Shown here piece after piece: positions 40,562 to 50,954 of a stretch of DNA of 64,000 bases. The notes beneath the pieces were generated by a model, which saw only the letters and a list, made by a program, of their open reading frames with translations, was not told the origin of the DNA and did no database searches. The position numbers were made by a program, and so were the translations under genes. How positions within the stretch are numbered: the stretch's first letter is position 1; every line of letters starts with the position of its first letter. The DNA comes from an uncultured Aliarcobacter sp. (GTDB taxonomy: Bacteria; Campylobacterota; Campylobacteria; Campylobacterales; Arcobacteraceae), in the NCBI GenBank assembly GCA_963677435.1, contig OY781945.1:2400001-2464000 (forward strand). Direction: 5' to 3'.

Positions 40562-41998
40562 TTATATAAAGTTTGGTGCATCATTTGCAAATAAAATCAA
40601 ATCACCAGCTCTTGTTGTTTTTGCTAAAGTTGCTTCCATTAATGCTTTGTCTTTTAAAATATAAACTTTTTCTTTATCTATATTTGCACTAAATAGATGT
40701 GTATTTAAACTTCCCGTTAAAATAACAAAATCAAAGTTTTTATTTATCTCTTTTGCTAATAAAATATTTGCTTCATCAGTTGATTCAACAAGACCTGGAG
40801 TTATTATTACTTTTCTACCTGTATGTGTTGCACAGATATTTACAGCCTCTAACATTCCTGTTAGATTACCATTAAATGAATCATCAATTATAATTTTTCC
40901 ACCTGCTTCAATTTTTTGAAGTCTGTGCTCTACTTGAGGAAGTGTACATAATGCCATTTTTATCTCATTTATACTCATACCTAAATAGTGAGACACTAAA
41001 ATAACAGCTGTTAAATTTACTGCATTAAAACTTCCTAAGATTGGAGCTTGGAAATGTTCAATTTTACCAGCGACTTCAACATCAAACCAAATTCCATCTA
41101 AATTACTTTTTGTAATATGCAAATTGTTTGGAAATTTTGTAATAGAAGCATATGGTTTAAGAGGAACTGATTCATGAACAAATCCCATTTTCATTTTTGG
41201 AGATTTTAAGATTTCCATTTTTGTGTGAATTATATTTGATAGTGTTTTAAAATACTCAATATGTTGTTCACCAACACTTCCAATAACACAAATTTGAGGT
41301 TCTAAAAACATAGTGATTTCTTCAATATCACCTTTTACTCTGGCACCTGCTTCTGCAATATAAATTTGTGTATCTAAAGGAATATCTCTATTTACATCAA
41401 GTACAATCCCTCCAATTGTATTTACACTTCTTGGAGTTTTATATACTTTATATTTATTTTTTAAAACGTGATATAAATAATTTTTAATTGATGTTTTACC
41501 AAAAGATGCAGTAATTGCAACTGTTCTAAGTCCAGCAATACTTTGATATCTTTGTTTGGCTTTGTGTTTAAAAGATATAAAAAATATCTTTTCCAAAATT
41601 GTTGAAATTGCATAAACTAAAATCAGTGGAACAAAAATAAATGTATTATTACAATCTGGACTTGATAAACAAAGGGCTGTTATTGCAAATGTTAGAAAAA
41701 GTAATATAGTTAAAAACCTTTTTACTCTTGCAGTTAAAATTAAAGAATGATCTAATTTTTTATTCCATAAAACAAAACTTGTCATATATATTACATAAAA
41801 ATAAACCGCATAATAAGGCTCAGGAATTATATAAAAAAGAATTATTGGCGATAGAAAATATGTAATATGCCATTGCCATTTATGGTGTTTTAAAATAACT
41901 CTTTCTAATTTATAGTTATACCATTGAAGATTAGTAATTAAATACCAACCTAAACTCATTATTAAAATAATGTGCGTAATAATATTAAAGTATTCCAT
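40562..41998 (-). CDS. murF: Mur ligase, MurF-type, with N-terminal membrane segments
   Basis: ITASFGKTS, EAGAR, IDDSFNGN; in an operon with ddl; ATG at 41998. Confidence 0.82.
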   Translation of the reverse strand: MEYFNIITHIILIMSLGWYLITNLQWYNYKLERVILKHHKWQWHITYFLSPIILFYIIPEPYYAVYFYVIYMTSFVLWNKKLDHSLILTARVKRFLTILLFLTFAITALCLSSPDCNNTFIFVPLILVYAISTILEKIFFISFKHKAKQRYQSIAGLRTVAITASFGKTSIKNYLYHVLKNKYKVYKTPRSVNTIGGIVLDVNRDIPLDTQIYIAEAGARVKGDIEEITMFLEPQICVIGSVGEQHIEYFKTLSNIIHTKMEILKSPKMKMGFVHESVPLKPYASITKFPNNLHITKSNLDGIWFDVEVAGKIEHFQAPILGSFNAVNLTAVILVSHYLGMSINEIKMALCTLPQVEHRLQKIEAGGKIIIDDSFNGNLTGMLEAVNICATHTGRKVIITPGLVESTDEANILLAKEINKNFDFVILTGSLNTHLFSANIDKEKVYILKDKALMEATLAKTTRAGDLILFANDAPNFI

Positions 41999-42704
41999 TT
42001 TCAATTCTCTCACTTATATTTTTTGCATTTTTTACAAAGAAGAAATGATCACCATCATAAGATGTAAAAGTTGATTTTTTTAATAAAGATGCCATTTTCT
42101 TTCCCGATGCTAAAGAAGTTGCTGTATCTTTTTCTCCCCAAAAAACTAAAGCATTATTTGAAAATTCGGAAAAAGATGATGTAAAATCTTCATTTACAAC
42201 ATTTTTAAAAGTTGCGTACATATTTTCACTCATTGTATTAACATCTGAACTTCTAAATTTTTTTGTAAAACCTTTTAATCCTAAAGCATTAAAAACTTTT
42301 GCGAAAAAAATCTTAAATTTAACATCAAATGGTTTTTCTTCTAAAATTCCAGCACTACTTAATAAAACTAAATTTTTAGGATTTAACAATGTGGCAACTT
42401 TTCCACCATAAGAGTGTCCTGCTATTACATCTTTTGAAGATAATAAAAGATTTAAAAACTCATCAACAACTTTGGCATAATCTTTAGTTGTTAAAACATA
42501 CTTATTTAAACTTTTTCCAAATCCTGGTAAATCTATATAAATATGTCTAAAATCTTTCAAATAAGAAGAAAATGAATTTTTCATAATATCTTTATTTGAA
42601 CCCCAACCATGTAAAAAAATTATATCTTTTTTTGCTGTTGGGTTTACTATTTCATAAGAAATATCAAAATTTTTATTATCAACAATTAAATTTTTTGTTG
42701 CCAA
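41985..42704 (-). CDS. Alpha/beta hydrolase
   Basis: FLHGWG, DLPGFG, GHSYGG, WGEKD, GDHF. Confidence 0.92.
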   Translation of the reverse strand: MATKNLIVDNKNFDISYEIVNPTAKKDIIFLHGWGSNKDIMKNSFSSYLKDFRHIYIDLPGFGKSLNKYVLTTKDYAKVVDEFLNLLLSSKDVIAGHSYGGKVATLLNPKNLVLLSSAGILEEKPFDVKFKIFFAKVFNALGLKGFTKKFRSSDVNTMSENMYATFKNVVNEDFTSSFSEFSNNALVFWGEKDTATSLASGKKMASLLKKSTFTSYDGDHFFFVKNAKNISERIENGIL

Positions 42705-42707
42705 GAT

Positions 42708-43748
42708 TTATTTTCCTTTACTTGCTTGTATTTTATTAACATAATCATAAGTAATTGGAACATGTTTTTTTGAGGGAAGTGTAGTTGCAACATCGTGAAA
42801 TAATGATGCAAAATCTTCAAACAAATAATTTGCCATAGATCCAGGAATTGAATTTATTTCATTTAAATAAACGGTATCATTTACAACAAAAAAATCACAT
42901 CTAATGATTGAACCTTCAAATAAATTATTATAAAGTCTTCTAAATGCTTCTTTTATCTCTTCATTTAATTTTTCACCTAAATCAACTTCTAAAGCTTTTG
43001 AAGTTCTTGAAAAGTCTAAATATTTTTTATCAAAATCTAAAAATTCAGCTTTTTGTGGCTCTTCAATAATAGAAAATCTAAATTCACCATTTACTTTTGT
43101 TCCTGCTAAGTTGTACTCTTTTACTCCACTTATAAATGGCTCAATAATTACAGCATTATCAAACTCATAAGCCACATCAAGTGCATAGTCTAACTCTTCT
43201 TGTGTTTTTACAATAGAAACACCAATTGAACTTCCAAGTTTAACTGGTTTTAAAATTGCTGGAAAACTATCAACAACAACTTTGTCACCTTTTGTAAAAT
43301 ATTTATAATCTAAAGTATTAACTCCAACACTTGAAGCATAACCTTTTGTTAAAAATTTATTTGAACTTACAACACAAGCTTCAGTTCTTGGAGCTAAAAA
43401 AGGAATATTATAAAAATCTAAAACAGACGATATTATTCCATCTTCACCATCACCACCATGAGAAAGATTTAAAACTACATCATAATCAATACTTTGTTCT
43501 TTTGAAAAAAGTCCACCTTTTTTATAAAAGCCACCTTTTTGAAAATAAACCTTATCAAATTTTTTGTATTCACCTGAACTAAACAGTTTTGACTTAATAA
43601 TATTAGTTGGAATAAGGTACAAATCTCTTGATGCATCTAAAAACAGATAAATTAACTCATCTTTTAAAACATCTTTCATAGCAATTGAACTTACTATTGA
43701 GATTTCATGTTCAAAACTTACTCCGCCAAAAACTATAGCTATTTTCAT
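42708..43748 (-). CDS. ddl: D-alanine--D-alanine ligase
   Basis: FGGVSFEHEIS, HGGDGEDG, KPVKLGSSIG, NEINSIPG. Confidence 0.95.
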   Translation of the reverse strand: MKIAIVFGGVSFEHEISIVSSIAMKDVLKDELIYLFLDASRDLYLIPTNIIKSKLFSSGEYKKFDKVYFQKGGFYKKGGLFSKEQSIDYDVVLNLSHGGDGEDGIISSVLDFYNIPFLAPRTEACVVSSNKFLTKGYASSVGVNTLDYKYFTKGDKVVVDSFPAILKPVKLGSSIGVSIVKTQEELDYALDVAYEFDNAVIIEPFISGVKEYNLAGTKVNGEFRFSIIEEPQKAEFLDFDKKYLDFSRTSKALEVDLGEKLNEEIKEAFRRLYNNLFEGSIIRCDFFVVNDTVYLNEINSIPGSMANYLFEDFASLFHDVATTLPSKKHVPITYDYVNKIQASKGK

Positions 43749-43773
43749 CAAATTCCTTTTTTATAAATATATT

Positions 43774-44337
43774 TTATTTTTGTAATTTTTTAAGTGCTTC
43801 TTTTACTAAATCACTTGTATTTCCACTCACACAAGTTTTTAATACTTTAGAAACTAAATCTTTTTTGAATCCTAATGATTCAAGTGCAAGTGCAGCTTCA
43901 AAAGCAGAAGAAAGAGCGCTATTATCACTTCCATCATGGGAATCAACAATAAAGCCTGAAAGTTCAACTAATATTCTACTTGCACCTTTTGGTCCAAGGC
44001 CAGGAACTCTTTTTAGCATTGTAACATCATTTTCACTTACTATTTGTGCAAAAGAAGTTGGAGTAAATGTTGAACAAATTGCAAGGGCAACTTTGGGTCC
44101 TACTCCATTTATTTTAATTACTGTGTCAAAAAGTTTTTTCTCATTTACATCTAAAAAACCATATAATGACTGAGAATCTTCTCTTATTATATGTGTAATT
44201 TCTAGTTTAACATCATCAGAAATAATTTTTGAACTACAATTTAATGAAACAAAAACTTCATAAATTATTCCACTAACATTTACATTTAATAATGTTGGCT
44301 CTTTTTTTGTTATTTTACCTATAAGTCCCACTATCAT
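43774..44337 (-). CDS. ruvA: Holliday junction DNA helicase subunit RuvA
   Basis: [35 protein letters not shown]. Confidence 0.96.
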   Translation of the reverse strand: MIVGLIGKITKKEPTLLNVNVSGIIYEVFVSLNCSSKIISDDVKLEITHIIREDSQSLYGFLDVNEKKLFDTVIKINGVGPKVALAICSTFTPTSFAQIVSENDVTMLKRVPGLGPKGASRILVELSGFIVDSHDGSDNSALSSAFEAALALESLGFKKDLVSKVLKTCVSGNTSDLVKEALKKLQK

Positions 44338-44443
44338 TATTTTACTCTTTATTTTAATAAAATGTTCAATTTAATATTCAATTAATATTTAATATATAAA
44401 CTTCATTATATAATAATTACACTTAAACAAAAAGGCTGGTTTG

Positions 44444-46630
44444 ATGATTGAATTAATAACAAAAAAAATAAGCAATAAGATTATTGTTGCTTTATTTATT
44501 TTAATGTCACTAAGTAGTATTACCGTAGTATATTTCACAACATCAAAAGTCACAAAAGATTCCATTGAGAAAACTAAAGAGAATTTAGAAATGTTAAATT
44601 CTGCGATGTTCCAAAGTCTTCGAAATGCAATGAATACAGGTGATCCAGTTCAAATAGTAAAAGCAGAAGATGATGCTAGAACAATTAAAGGTGTAAAAAA
44701 CTTAACTGTTGCAAGAGGAAAATCTTTGCTGGAATTATATCCATCAGAGAAAACATATTCAACAGATAAAGATGTACTAAAAACATTTGAGACAAAAAAG
44801 CCTTTACTCTTACAAACAAAAGATGAGAATGGTCATCTTTTAAGAATGGTAAAACCAATGGTTGCATCACAAGAGTGTTTAATGTGTCATGCAAATCAGC
44901 AAGAAGGTGATGTTATTGGTGTTATGGATTTAACTTTTTCATTAGATGAAGCAGATACAAAAATAAAAGCATTAATTACAGAAATTTCAATTATTTCTGC
45001 AATATTAGCTTTGGTAACTATTGGATTAATTTTCTTTATTGTAAGAAGAGCAACAAATCCTATTGGCAAACTAAAAAATGGATTTGAAAATCTATTACAT
45101 TCAAATGACACAAACATATCACTAGCAGTTGAATCAAAAGATGAAATAGGTGAAGTAGCAAGTTTATTTAATGCATACATGGATAAAGTAAGAGCTGGAT
45201 TAAAACAAGATGAAAAAGTTATAGAAGAAGCAAGTGATATTTTAGAAAAAACTGCAAATGGATTTTTTGTTTATAAGGTAAATGGAACTGCTTCAAATCC
45301 CCATGTTGAGGATTTAAAAAATAGATTAAATGCTATGATTTTAAGTACAAAAGAGACTTTAGATAAAATAAATGAAACACTAAGATATTATTCTGAATCA
45401 AAATATGATTTTAAAATGGATGATGATGGTATTTATGGAAATCTAGGTTCATTAACAGCTGGAATTAAACTTGTAGGAAATAATACATCTGAAATATTAG
45501 CAATGGTTATGAATACTGGAAATTCTTTAAATGAAAGTACGCAGACTCTTTCTAGTGCCTCAAATCACTTATCAACATCTTCTAATCAACAAGCATCATC
45601 CCTTGAAGAAACTGCAGCTGCATTAGAAGAAATTACATCTACAATTCAAGCAAATACACAAGCTACAATTAAGATGACTCAACTAGCGCAAAATGTTACA
45701 ACTTCAGCAAAAAATGGACAAGATTTAGCAAATAAAACTGCTACTTCAATGGATGAAATAAATAAAGAAGTAAGTTCAATTAATGTTGCAATTGAAGTTA
45801 TTGATCAGATTGCGTTTCAAACAAATATTCTTTCTTTAAATGCAGCCGTAGAAGCTGCAACTGCAGGAGAAGCAGGAAAAGGATTTGCTGTTGTTGCAGC
45901 AGAAGTGCGAAATCTTGCAAATAGAAGTGCTGATGCAGCTCGTGAGATTAAACATATCGTTGAATTAGCTAGAATGAAAGCAAAAGAAGGTAAAAATATA
46001 TCTGATGATATGATTGAAGGGTATAAAGAATTAAATGAAAATATCTCAAATACAATCTTAACAATAAATGAAGTAGCAATTGCTTCAAAAGAGCAAGAAA
46101 AAGGTATAGTTCAAATTAATGATGCAATAAATATGTTAGATCAAGCTACACAAAAAAATGCACAAGTTGCCGATCAAATTTCTGTAATGGCTTCAAATAT
46201 TGCATCTATGTCAAATTCATTAGTAACAGCAGCATCAAGAGCTTCATTTTTAGAAGATTCCTTAGATAAGGTTTGTGATGTGGACTTAGTATATGATACA
46301 GCTTTATTAAAAGTTGATTTATTAAATACAAAAGATAAAGTTTATGCTAAATTAGGTGATTATAAACCATTTAAAGTTGATCAAAACAATGGTCTAACAA
46401 AATGGTGTGAAAATCATATAAACTCAGGCAAAAAAGTTGATATGGAAATAATGAAAAACATTGAGACTTTAAATAAAAACTTCCATGATAAACTTCAAAT
46501 CTTGGTAAATTCAAATTCTAATAAAGAGTCAAATGATACTTTAAATAAAAATGCAAAAGAAGTTGAAACTGATGCTTTAAAAATATTTGGAAATTTAAAT
46601 AATGTAAAAAAGGAAGCTTGTAAAAAATAA
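44444..46630 (+). CDS. Methyl-accepting chemotaxis protein with periplasmic heme-c motif and C-terminal CZB-like extension
   Basis: TM, CLMCH, TM, HAMP, MA domain, plus about 120 aa C-terminal extension. Confidence 0.92.
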   Translation: MIELITKKISNKIIVALFILMSLSSITVVYFTTSKVTKDSIEKTKENLEMLNSAMFQSLRNAMNTGDPVQIVKAEDDARTIKGVKNLTVARGKSLLELYPSEKTYSTDKDVLKTFETKKPLLLQTKDENGHLLRMVKPMVASQECLMCHANQQEGDVIGVMDLTFSLDEADTKIKALITEISIISAILALVTIGLIFFIVRRATNPIGKLKNGFENLLHSNDTNISLAVESKDEIGEVASLFNAYMDKVRAGLKQDEKVIEEASDILEKTANGFFVYKVNGTASNPHVEDLKNRLNAMILSTKETLDKINETLRYYSESKYDFKMDDDGIYGNLGSLTAGIKLVGNNTSEILAMVMNTGNSLNESTQTLSSASNHLSTSSNQQASSLEETAAALEEITSTIQANTQATIKMTQLAQNVTTSAKNGQDLANKTATSMDEINKEVSSINVAIEVIDQIAFQTNILSLNAAVEAATAGEAGKGFAVVAAEVRNLANRSADAAREIKHIVELARMKAKEGKNISDDMIEGYKELNENISNTILTINEVAIASKEQEKGIVQINDAINMLDQATQKNAQVADQISVMASNIASMSNSLVTAASRASFLEDSLDKVCDVDLVYDTALLKVDLLNTKDKVYAKLGDYKPFKVDQNNGLTKWCENHINSGKKVDMEIMKNIETLNKNFHDKLQILVNSNSNKESNDTLNKNAKEVETDALKIFGNLNNVKKEACKK

Positions 46631-46634
46631 AAGG

Positions 46635-46659
46635 ATAAAAGAAGATAAACTTCTTTTAT
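46635..46659. terminator. Hairpin between the convergent MCP and cheZ-like genes
   Basis: ATAAAAGAAG-ATAAA-CTTCTTTTAT. Confidence 0.65.
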
Positions 46660-46660
46660 T

Positions 46661-47014
46661 CTAAGCTTGCATTTGTTTAATTAAGGCTTCTAATTCATCA
46701 TCTGAAAGAGTTTCATCTGATGAGTCAATATTCTTTGCGCTTGGTGCAATATTATATTGAGTTTTATCTATATCATTTTTCTCACAAACAAAATTCACAA
46801 CTCTTTCAATCTTTTGTCTATGTAAATCTTGATGTTGTAATAGACCAAAAATATCAGAAATTTTACTAACAATTTTGTCTTTTTTATGGGAAGTAATTTC
46901 TAAGTCATTTATAACTTGTTCTAAAGATTCTGCGTTGTCATAAATTAATTGGGCATTAATCTCTGACTCTTTTATTACTTCACATAATTGGGCTATCAAC
47001 TCTTCATATGTCAT
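46661..47014 (-). CDS. cheZ: Short CheZ-like phosphatase (epsilon type)
   Basis: LQHQDLHRQKIERV (CheZ DxxxQ motif) and C-terminal SDDELEALI helix. Confidence 0.7.
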   Translation of the reverse strand: MTYEELIAQLCEVIKESEINAQLIYDNAESLEQVINDLEITSHKKDKIVSKISDIFGLLQHQDLHRQKIERVVNFVCEKNDIDKTQYNIAPSAKNIDSSDETLSDDELEALIKQMQA

Positions 47015-47088
47015 AAATTTCCTTTATTTTAAATATTAAAGTTAGTGTAACTTACTTTAACTTAATAGATTTTATATTTATTTAATAA

Positions 47089-48153
47089 TTAATGAATAAT
47101 TTCAGCAATTACTTCTGTTGCATAACAGCCCTTTGGTAGATAAAATTGTAATTCCATCCAGTTTTTTTCTTCTTTATAATTACTTGAAATATCTTCAGGG
47201 AAAATCCAAGCGAATCTTCGTGCTCCATCTTCACCAGTTTTTTCTTCAAACTCTTTTTCAATTTCATAAGCTAAATCAACTGAATTTTTCACCCTATTTC
47301 CACTTAAAAGTCCTGTTGGAACTCTATCTCTTTCATTGAATTTTTGCGATTCTTCTTCTAAATTTTCAATAGTAAAGATCTTTCCAAATGGATAATGAGA
47401 AAGTAAATCCCCAGTCATTAATTTAAATGGATGTTTTTGTTTTTTCATTTGTTTTACAACATCAAGGGGTAAATTCAATTTTTGATAAATCTCTTTTGGC
47501 TCAAAAGCTTCAATTAATTTTGATATTTCTATTCTTTTTGAAAGCCAAGAGTTAAAAAGATAACTTTGATAAGCATTGATATACATTTGCTTTAAATTTC
47601 TTCTTTTCTCTTTTAGTTTTCCATCAATAATATCTTTACCTTTTTTATAATTATCCCCATCAATTCCAAATCTTTGAAAACCAAAATAGTTAGGAATTCC
47701 ATGAGTTACAATTGAACCCAAAGCTTCTTCAATTTTTCTTTTTTCAATAGAACCTACTCTTTTTAGTCTAATAAAAAATTTATTACCTTTTAAGTGCCCT
47801 ACTTTTATTTTGTTATTATGATAAGTTGTTTCAAGGATTTTTAAATTATCATTTTGGAAAGATTTTAAAGCCTCTTCATATTTTCTATGAACTGAAATTG
47901 ATTGAACTGTCATTGCATTTTTATCTTTTAATCCAGCATATCCAAACTCTCTACTACTACAATTTAAATATTTTGCTAACATCTCAATAGCATCCCAAGT
48001 TGCTAAATCTTTTTTTCTAATTTTTAAAACTAGATGTTCACCCTCTCCTGAGAATTCATATAAAGGAATTTCCGTAACCACGAAATCATCTTTGTTTTGT
48101 TTAAAAACCACATCAATTTTTGAGTGATTTAAATATCTTTGTAATTGTTCCAA
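47089..48153 (-). CDS. truD: tRNA pseudouridine(13) synthase
   Basis: DFVVTE, GYAGLKDK, GHLKGNKF, PNYFGFQRFG, LPKGCYAT. Confidence 0.96.
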   Translation of the reverse strand: MEQLQRYLNHSKIDVVFKQNKDDFVVTEIPLYEFSGEGEHLVLKIRKKDLATWDAIEMLAKYLNCSSREFGYAGLKDKNAMTVQSISVHRKYEEALKSFQNDNLKILETTYHNNKIKVGHLKGNKFFIRLKRVGSIEKRKIEEALGSIVTHGIPNYFGFQRFGIDGDNYKKGKDIIDGKLKEKRRNLKQMYINAYQSYLFNSWLSKRIEISKLIEAFEPKEIYQKLNLPLDVVKQMKKQKHPFKLMTGDLLSHYPFGKIFTIENLEEESQKFNERDRVPTGLLSGNRVKNSVDLAYEIEKEFEEKTGEDGARRFAWIFPEDISSNYKEEKNWMELQFYLPKGCYATEVIAEIIH

Positions 48154-48158
48154 TATTT

Positions 48159-48279
48159 TTCCTTTAAATTAAGTTCCTAATTTAAAGGAACCGATATTTT
48201 TTAACTACTTTTTAACACAATTTATAAAAAATTGTTAAAAGTAGCAAAACTCTAAAGAGAACAACGAATTGTTCTTTTT
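48159..48279 (-). promoter_or_regulatory. Three consecutive hairpins in the thiL-truD spacer; the last one covers the truD SD
   Basis: Inverted repeats at 48254-48279, 48205-48244 and 48159-48190 (13-bp perfect stem). Confidence 0.6.
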
Positions 48280-48288
48280 ACCTAATGA

Positions 48289-49110
48289 CTAAAAATGATG
48301 ATTTTTACAAGCAGTTCTATATTTACCTTTTATTGCTTTTGCAAATATGTTTAATTCTACTTTGTGTTTTTTTGCTATTTTACTTATTTTGTCTAAATTC
48401 TTTTCATCAAAAGAAAAAAGAATCTCATACTCTTCACCAGAACTTCCAATACTGTCATCAATTTCATTAAAAAATTCAAAACCAACATTACTTGCTTTTG
48501 ATAACTTTTCTAATTCAAAAAACAGTCCATCAGAAATATCCATTGAAGCTGTAATAAAAGGTGCTATTTCATAAAAAAAATATGGTTTTAGCTTTGGTTT
48601 TATAAATTTTGATTTTTTAGATATCTCTTTATTTTGAAATAAACTTTCTAAATTCTCTTTACAAGAACCTAAAGTCCCTGTATAACAAAGCAAATCATTT
48701 TTTTTAACTCCAGATCTTAAAACTGGATTTGAAGTTTTTGAAATAATTGTAATTGAAATATCAAGCTTTTCGTTTGATATTGTATCTCCACCAATAATTT
48801 GTATTCCAAATTTACGAGCCGCTTTTTTAAAACCTTTTGATAACTCTTTTAAATCTTCATTTGTATATGATTTTGGAATAGCAACACTTAGAAGTGCATA
48901 TAAAGGAATTGCGTTCATCACAATTGCATCCGAAATATTTACAATCATTGATTTATAGGCAATTTGTTTTAAACTCATCCACTCTTTTTTGAAATGTACA
49001 TTCTCAAAAAAAGCATCCATTGAGTAAACAAATCCATCAATAAAAGCACCATCATCACCAATAATTTTGTTATTTGAAAATTGTTTTATAAAATATTCTT
49101 CTTTATTCAT
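48289..49110 (-). CDS. thiL: Thiamine-monophosphate kinase
   Basis: IGDDGA, VHF, VNISD, IIGGDT, MDISDGL, SGEEYEILF; ATG at 49110. Confidence 0.93.
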   Translation of the reverse strand: MNKEEYFIKQFSNNKIIGDDGAFIDGFVYSMDAFFENVHFKKEWMSLKQIAYKSMIVNISDAIVMNAIPLYALLSVAIPKSYTNEDLKELSKGFKKAARKFGIQIIGGDTISNEKLDISITIISKTSNPVLRSGVKKNDLLCYTGTLGSCKENLESLFQNKEISKKSKFIKPKLKPYFFYEIAPFITASMDISDGLFFELEKLSKASNVGFEFFNEIDDSIGSSGEEYEILFSFDEKNLDKISKIAKKHKVELNIFAKAIKGKYRTACKNHHF

Positions 49111-49115
49111 GCGCA

Positions 49116-49124
49116 ATTATATCA
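49116..49124 (-). promoter_or_regulatory. Extended -10 promoter directly before thiL (leaderless)
   Basis: Minus strand TGA-TATAAT-TGCGC-ATG; no SD. Confidence 0.7.
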
Positions 49125-49253
49125 AAGATGTGCAAAATATACACGAACTTTTAGAGTTTTTAAATAATTTACAAAGTGGATAAATAATATCCTATTTATT
49201 TTAAATTAATTAGTGTATAATATTTGCTTAAATAATTTTATTAGGAGACAAAT

Positions 49254-49640
49254 ATGCCAAAAATTAACAAATATGTTGATATTGATACTGTAGAAAGAGA
49301 AGCAAAAAAAGATTTAATTGATAGACACAGTCCATTTATTCACTGTGCTGCAACTGCAAAAGCAGGTGAGCCATTTGAAGTAACTGTAAAAATGGGTAAC
49401 GAATATACTCATCCAGATGATTTCGATCATTATATTGAGTCTGTAACACTATTTAATGGTGATACACAATTAGCAAAAGCTTCTTATGTTCCAGGAACAT
49501 TAGGAAATGTTAAAGCTCATAATACAACTACATTTACAATTATTCCAACTGGTAAAAAATTAACTTTAGTAGCTCACGGTTACTGTACAAAACATGGTAT
49601 CTGGGAAGGTACACCAGTAGAAGTATCTGTAGCTGAATAA
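49254..49640 (+). CDS. Superoxide reductase-like (desulfoferrodoxin/neelaredoxin Fe-binding domain) protein
   Basis: RHSP, HPDDFDHYI, YCTKHGIW ligand set; SD AGGAG. Confidence 0.9.
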   Translation: MPKINKYVDIDTVEREAKKDLIDRHSPFIHCAATAKAGEPFEVTVKMGNEYTHPDDFDHYIESVTLFNGDTQLAKASYVPGTLGNVKAHNTTTFTIIPTGKKLTLVAHGYCTKHGIWEGTPVEVSVAE

Positions 49641-49661
49641 GCTCTAAGCCCTACTGTATCG

Positions 49662-49696
49662 AAAAGGCAAGAGGTTTTTATCTCTTGCCTTTTTTT
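49662..49696 (+). terminator. Intrinsic terminator
   Basis: AAAAGGCAAGAG-loop-CTCTTGCCTTTT followed by a T run. Confidence 0.88.
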
Positions 49697-49848
49697 ATGT
49701 TATATACTCATTTGTAAACAAATTTCAAATAAAACTATAATTTCTAAATCTTATCACCTTAAATAATTAATTTTAAATATCATACTAATTAACAAATATT
49801 TAACATCTTTTAATTATAATCTTAAAATATTAATTATAAGGAAAGATT

Positions 49849-50946
49849 ATGAAAAATATTTCAATGACACTTATGTTTTTATTTGTATTAATTTTTACAA
49901 ATTTAAATGCAAGTGAAATGTTTCAAACTGTAAAAGCAAAAGATGCAACTTTAGTTAAGACTAATTCTTCAAAAGAGTTTTGCGATGTTTGTGGTATGCC
50001 TTTAACAAAATTCTATAAAACAAACCATGTTACGGAGTTTAAAAATGGTCATAAAGAGCAGTATTGTTCTCTTCATTGTCAAGCACAGATTCATGAAGAT
50101 TATCATGACAAAATAAAAAATATCCAAGTTGTAGATACTAACTCATTAAAATTAATTGATGCAGCAAAAGCTTTTTATGTTGTTGGAAGTTCAAAACCAG
50201 GAACCATGAGTCCTGTTAGTAAATATGCATTTTCTTCAAAAGAAGCAGCTGTTAAATTTCAAAAAGAGTTTGGTGGTGAGATTCACTCTTTTGATGAGAG
50301 TTTAAAAATTTCAAAAGAAGGATTAGATAAAGATAATAAGAAATTAGAAGAAAAAAGAATTCCTATGGCAAAAAAAGGGAAAAAGATATTTGATTCTTTA
50401 TGTAATAAAGAAGAATTAAAAGAGTTTAATTCTATTGGAGAAGCAAAACAATATTTAATTGATAATAATATTTGCAAAAATTTAGATTCTCAAATGTTAC
50501 AAGCTGTATCAATTTATTTATATGACCCAATGTTAGCCGTTGACAAATCAAAAATGATGAAAGTACCAGAAGATGCAAAGTGTCCAGTATGTGGAATGTT
50601 TGTTTCAAAATTTCCAAAATGGGTAGCTCAAATTCAATTAAAAGATGGACATACTCACTATTTTGATGGAGTAAGAGATATGATGAAATTCTATTTTAAT
50701 CCATCAAAATATGAACATACTCACACAAAAGATGATATTTCTCAAATCAATGCAACTGATTATTATACTCTTGAATTAATTGATGCTAAAAAAGCTTATT
50801 ATGTAATTGGTTCAAATATTTATGGCCCAATGGGTGAAGAATTAATCCCTTTTAAAAATAAAGATGAAGCACAAAAATTTATGGTGGATCACTTTGGTAA
50901 AAGTCTTGTAAGTTTTGAGGAAATAAAAGAAGAGATGTTAAAATAA
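49849..50946 (+). CDS. Periplasmic protein with two NosL-family domains
   Basis: Signal peptide; CDVCGM...IDAAKAFYVVGS..GTM and CPVCGM...IDAKKAYYVIGS..GPMG. Confidence 0.88.
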   Translation: MKNISMTLMFLFVLIFTNLNASEMFQTVKAKDATLVKTNSSKEFCDVCGMPLTKFYKTNHVTEFKNGHKEQYCSLHCQAQIHEDYHDKIKNIQVVDTNSLKLIDAAKAFYVVGSSKPGTMSPVSKYAFSSKEAAVKFQKEFGGEIHSFDESLKISKEGLDKDNKKLEEKRIPMAKKGKKIFDSLCNKEELKEFNSIGEAKQYLIDNNICKNLDSQMLQAVSIYLYDPMLAVDKSKMMKVPEDAKCPVCGMFVSKFPKWVAQIQLKDGHTHYFDGVRDMMKFYFNPSKYEHTHTKDDISQINATDYYTLELIDAKKAYYVIGSNIYGPMGEELIPFKNKDEAQKFMVDHFGKSLVSFEEIKEEMLK

Positions 50947-50954
50947 GTCTTATT

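Noticed and set aside
49789..49805. TTAACA direct repeat at 11-bp spacing upstream of the nosL-like gene
   Set aside because: Six-base AT-rich repeats are expected by chance at this base composition
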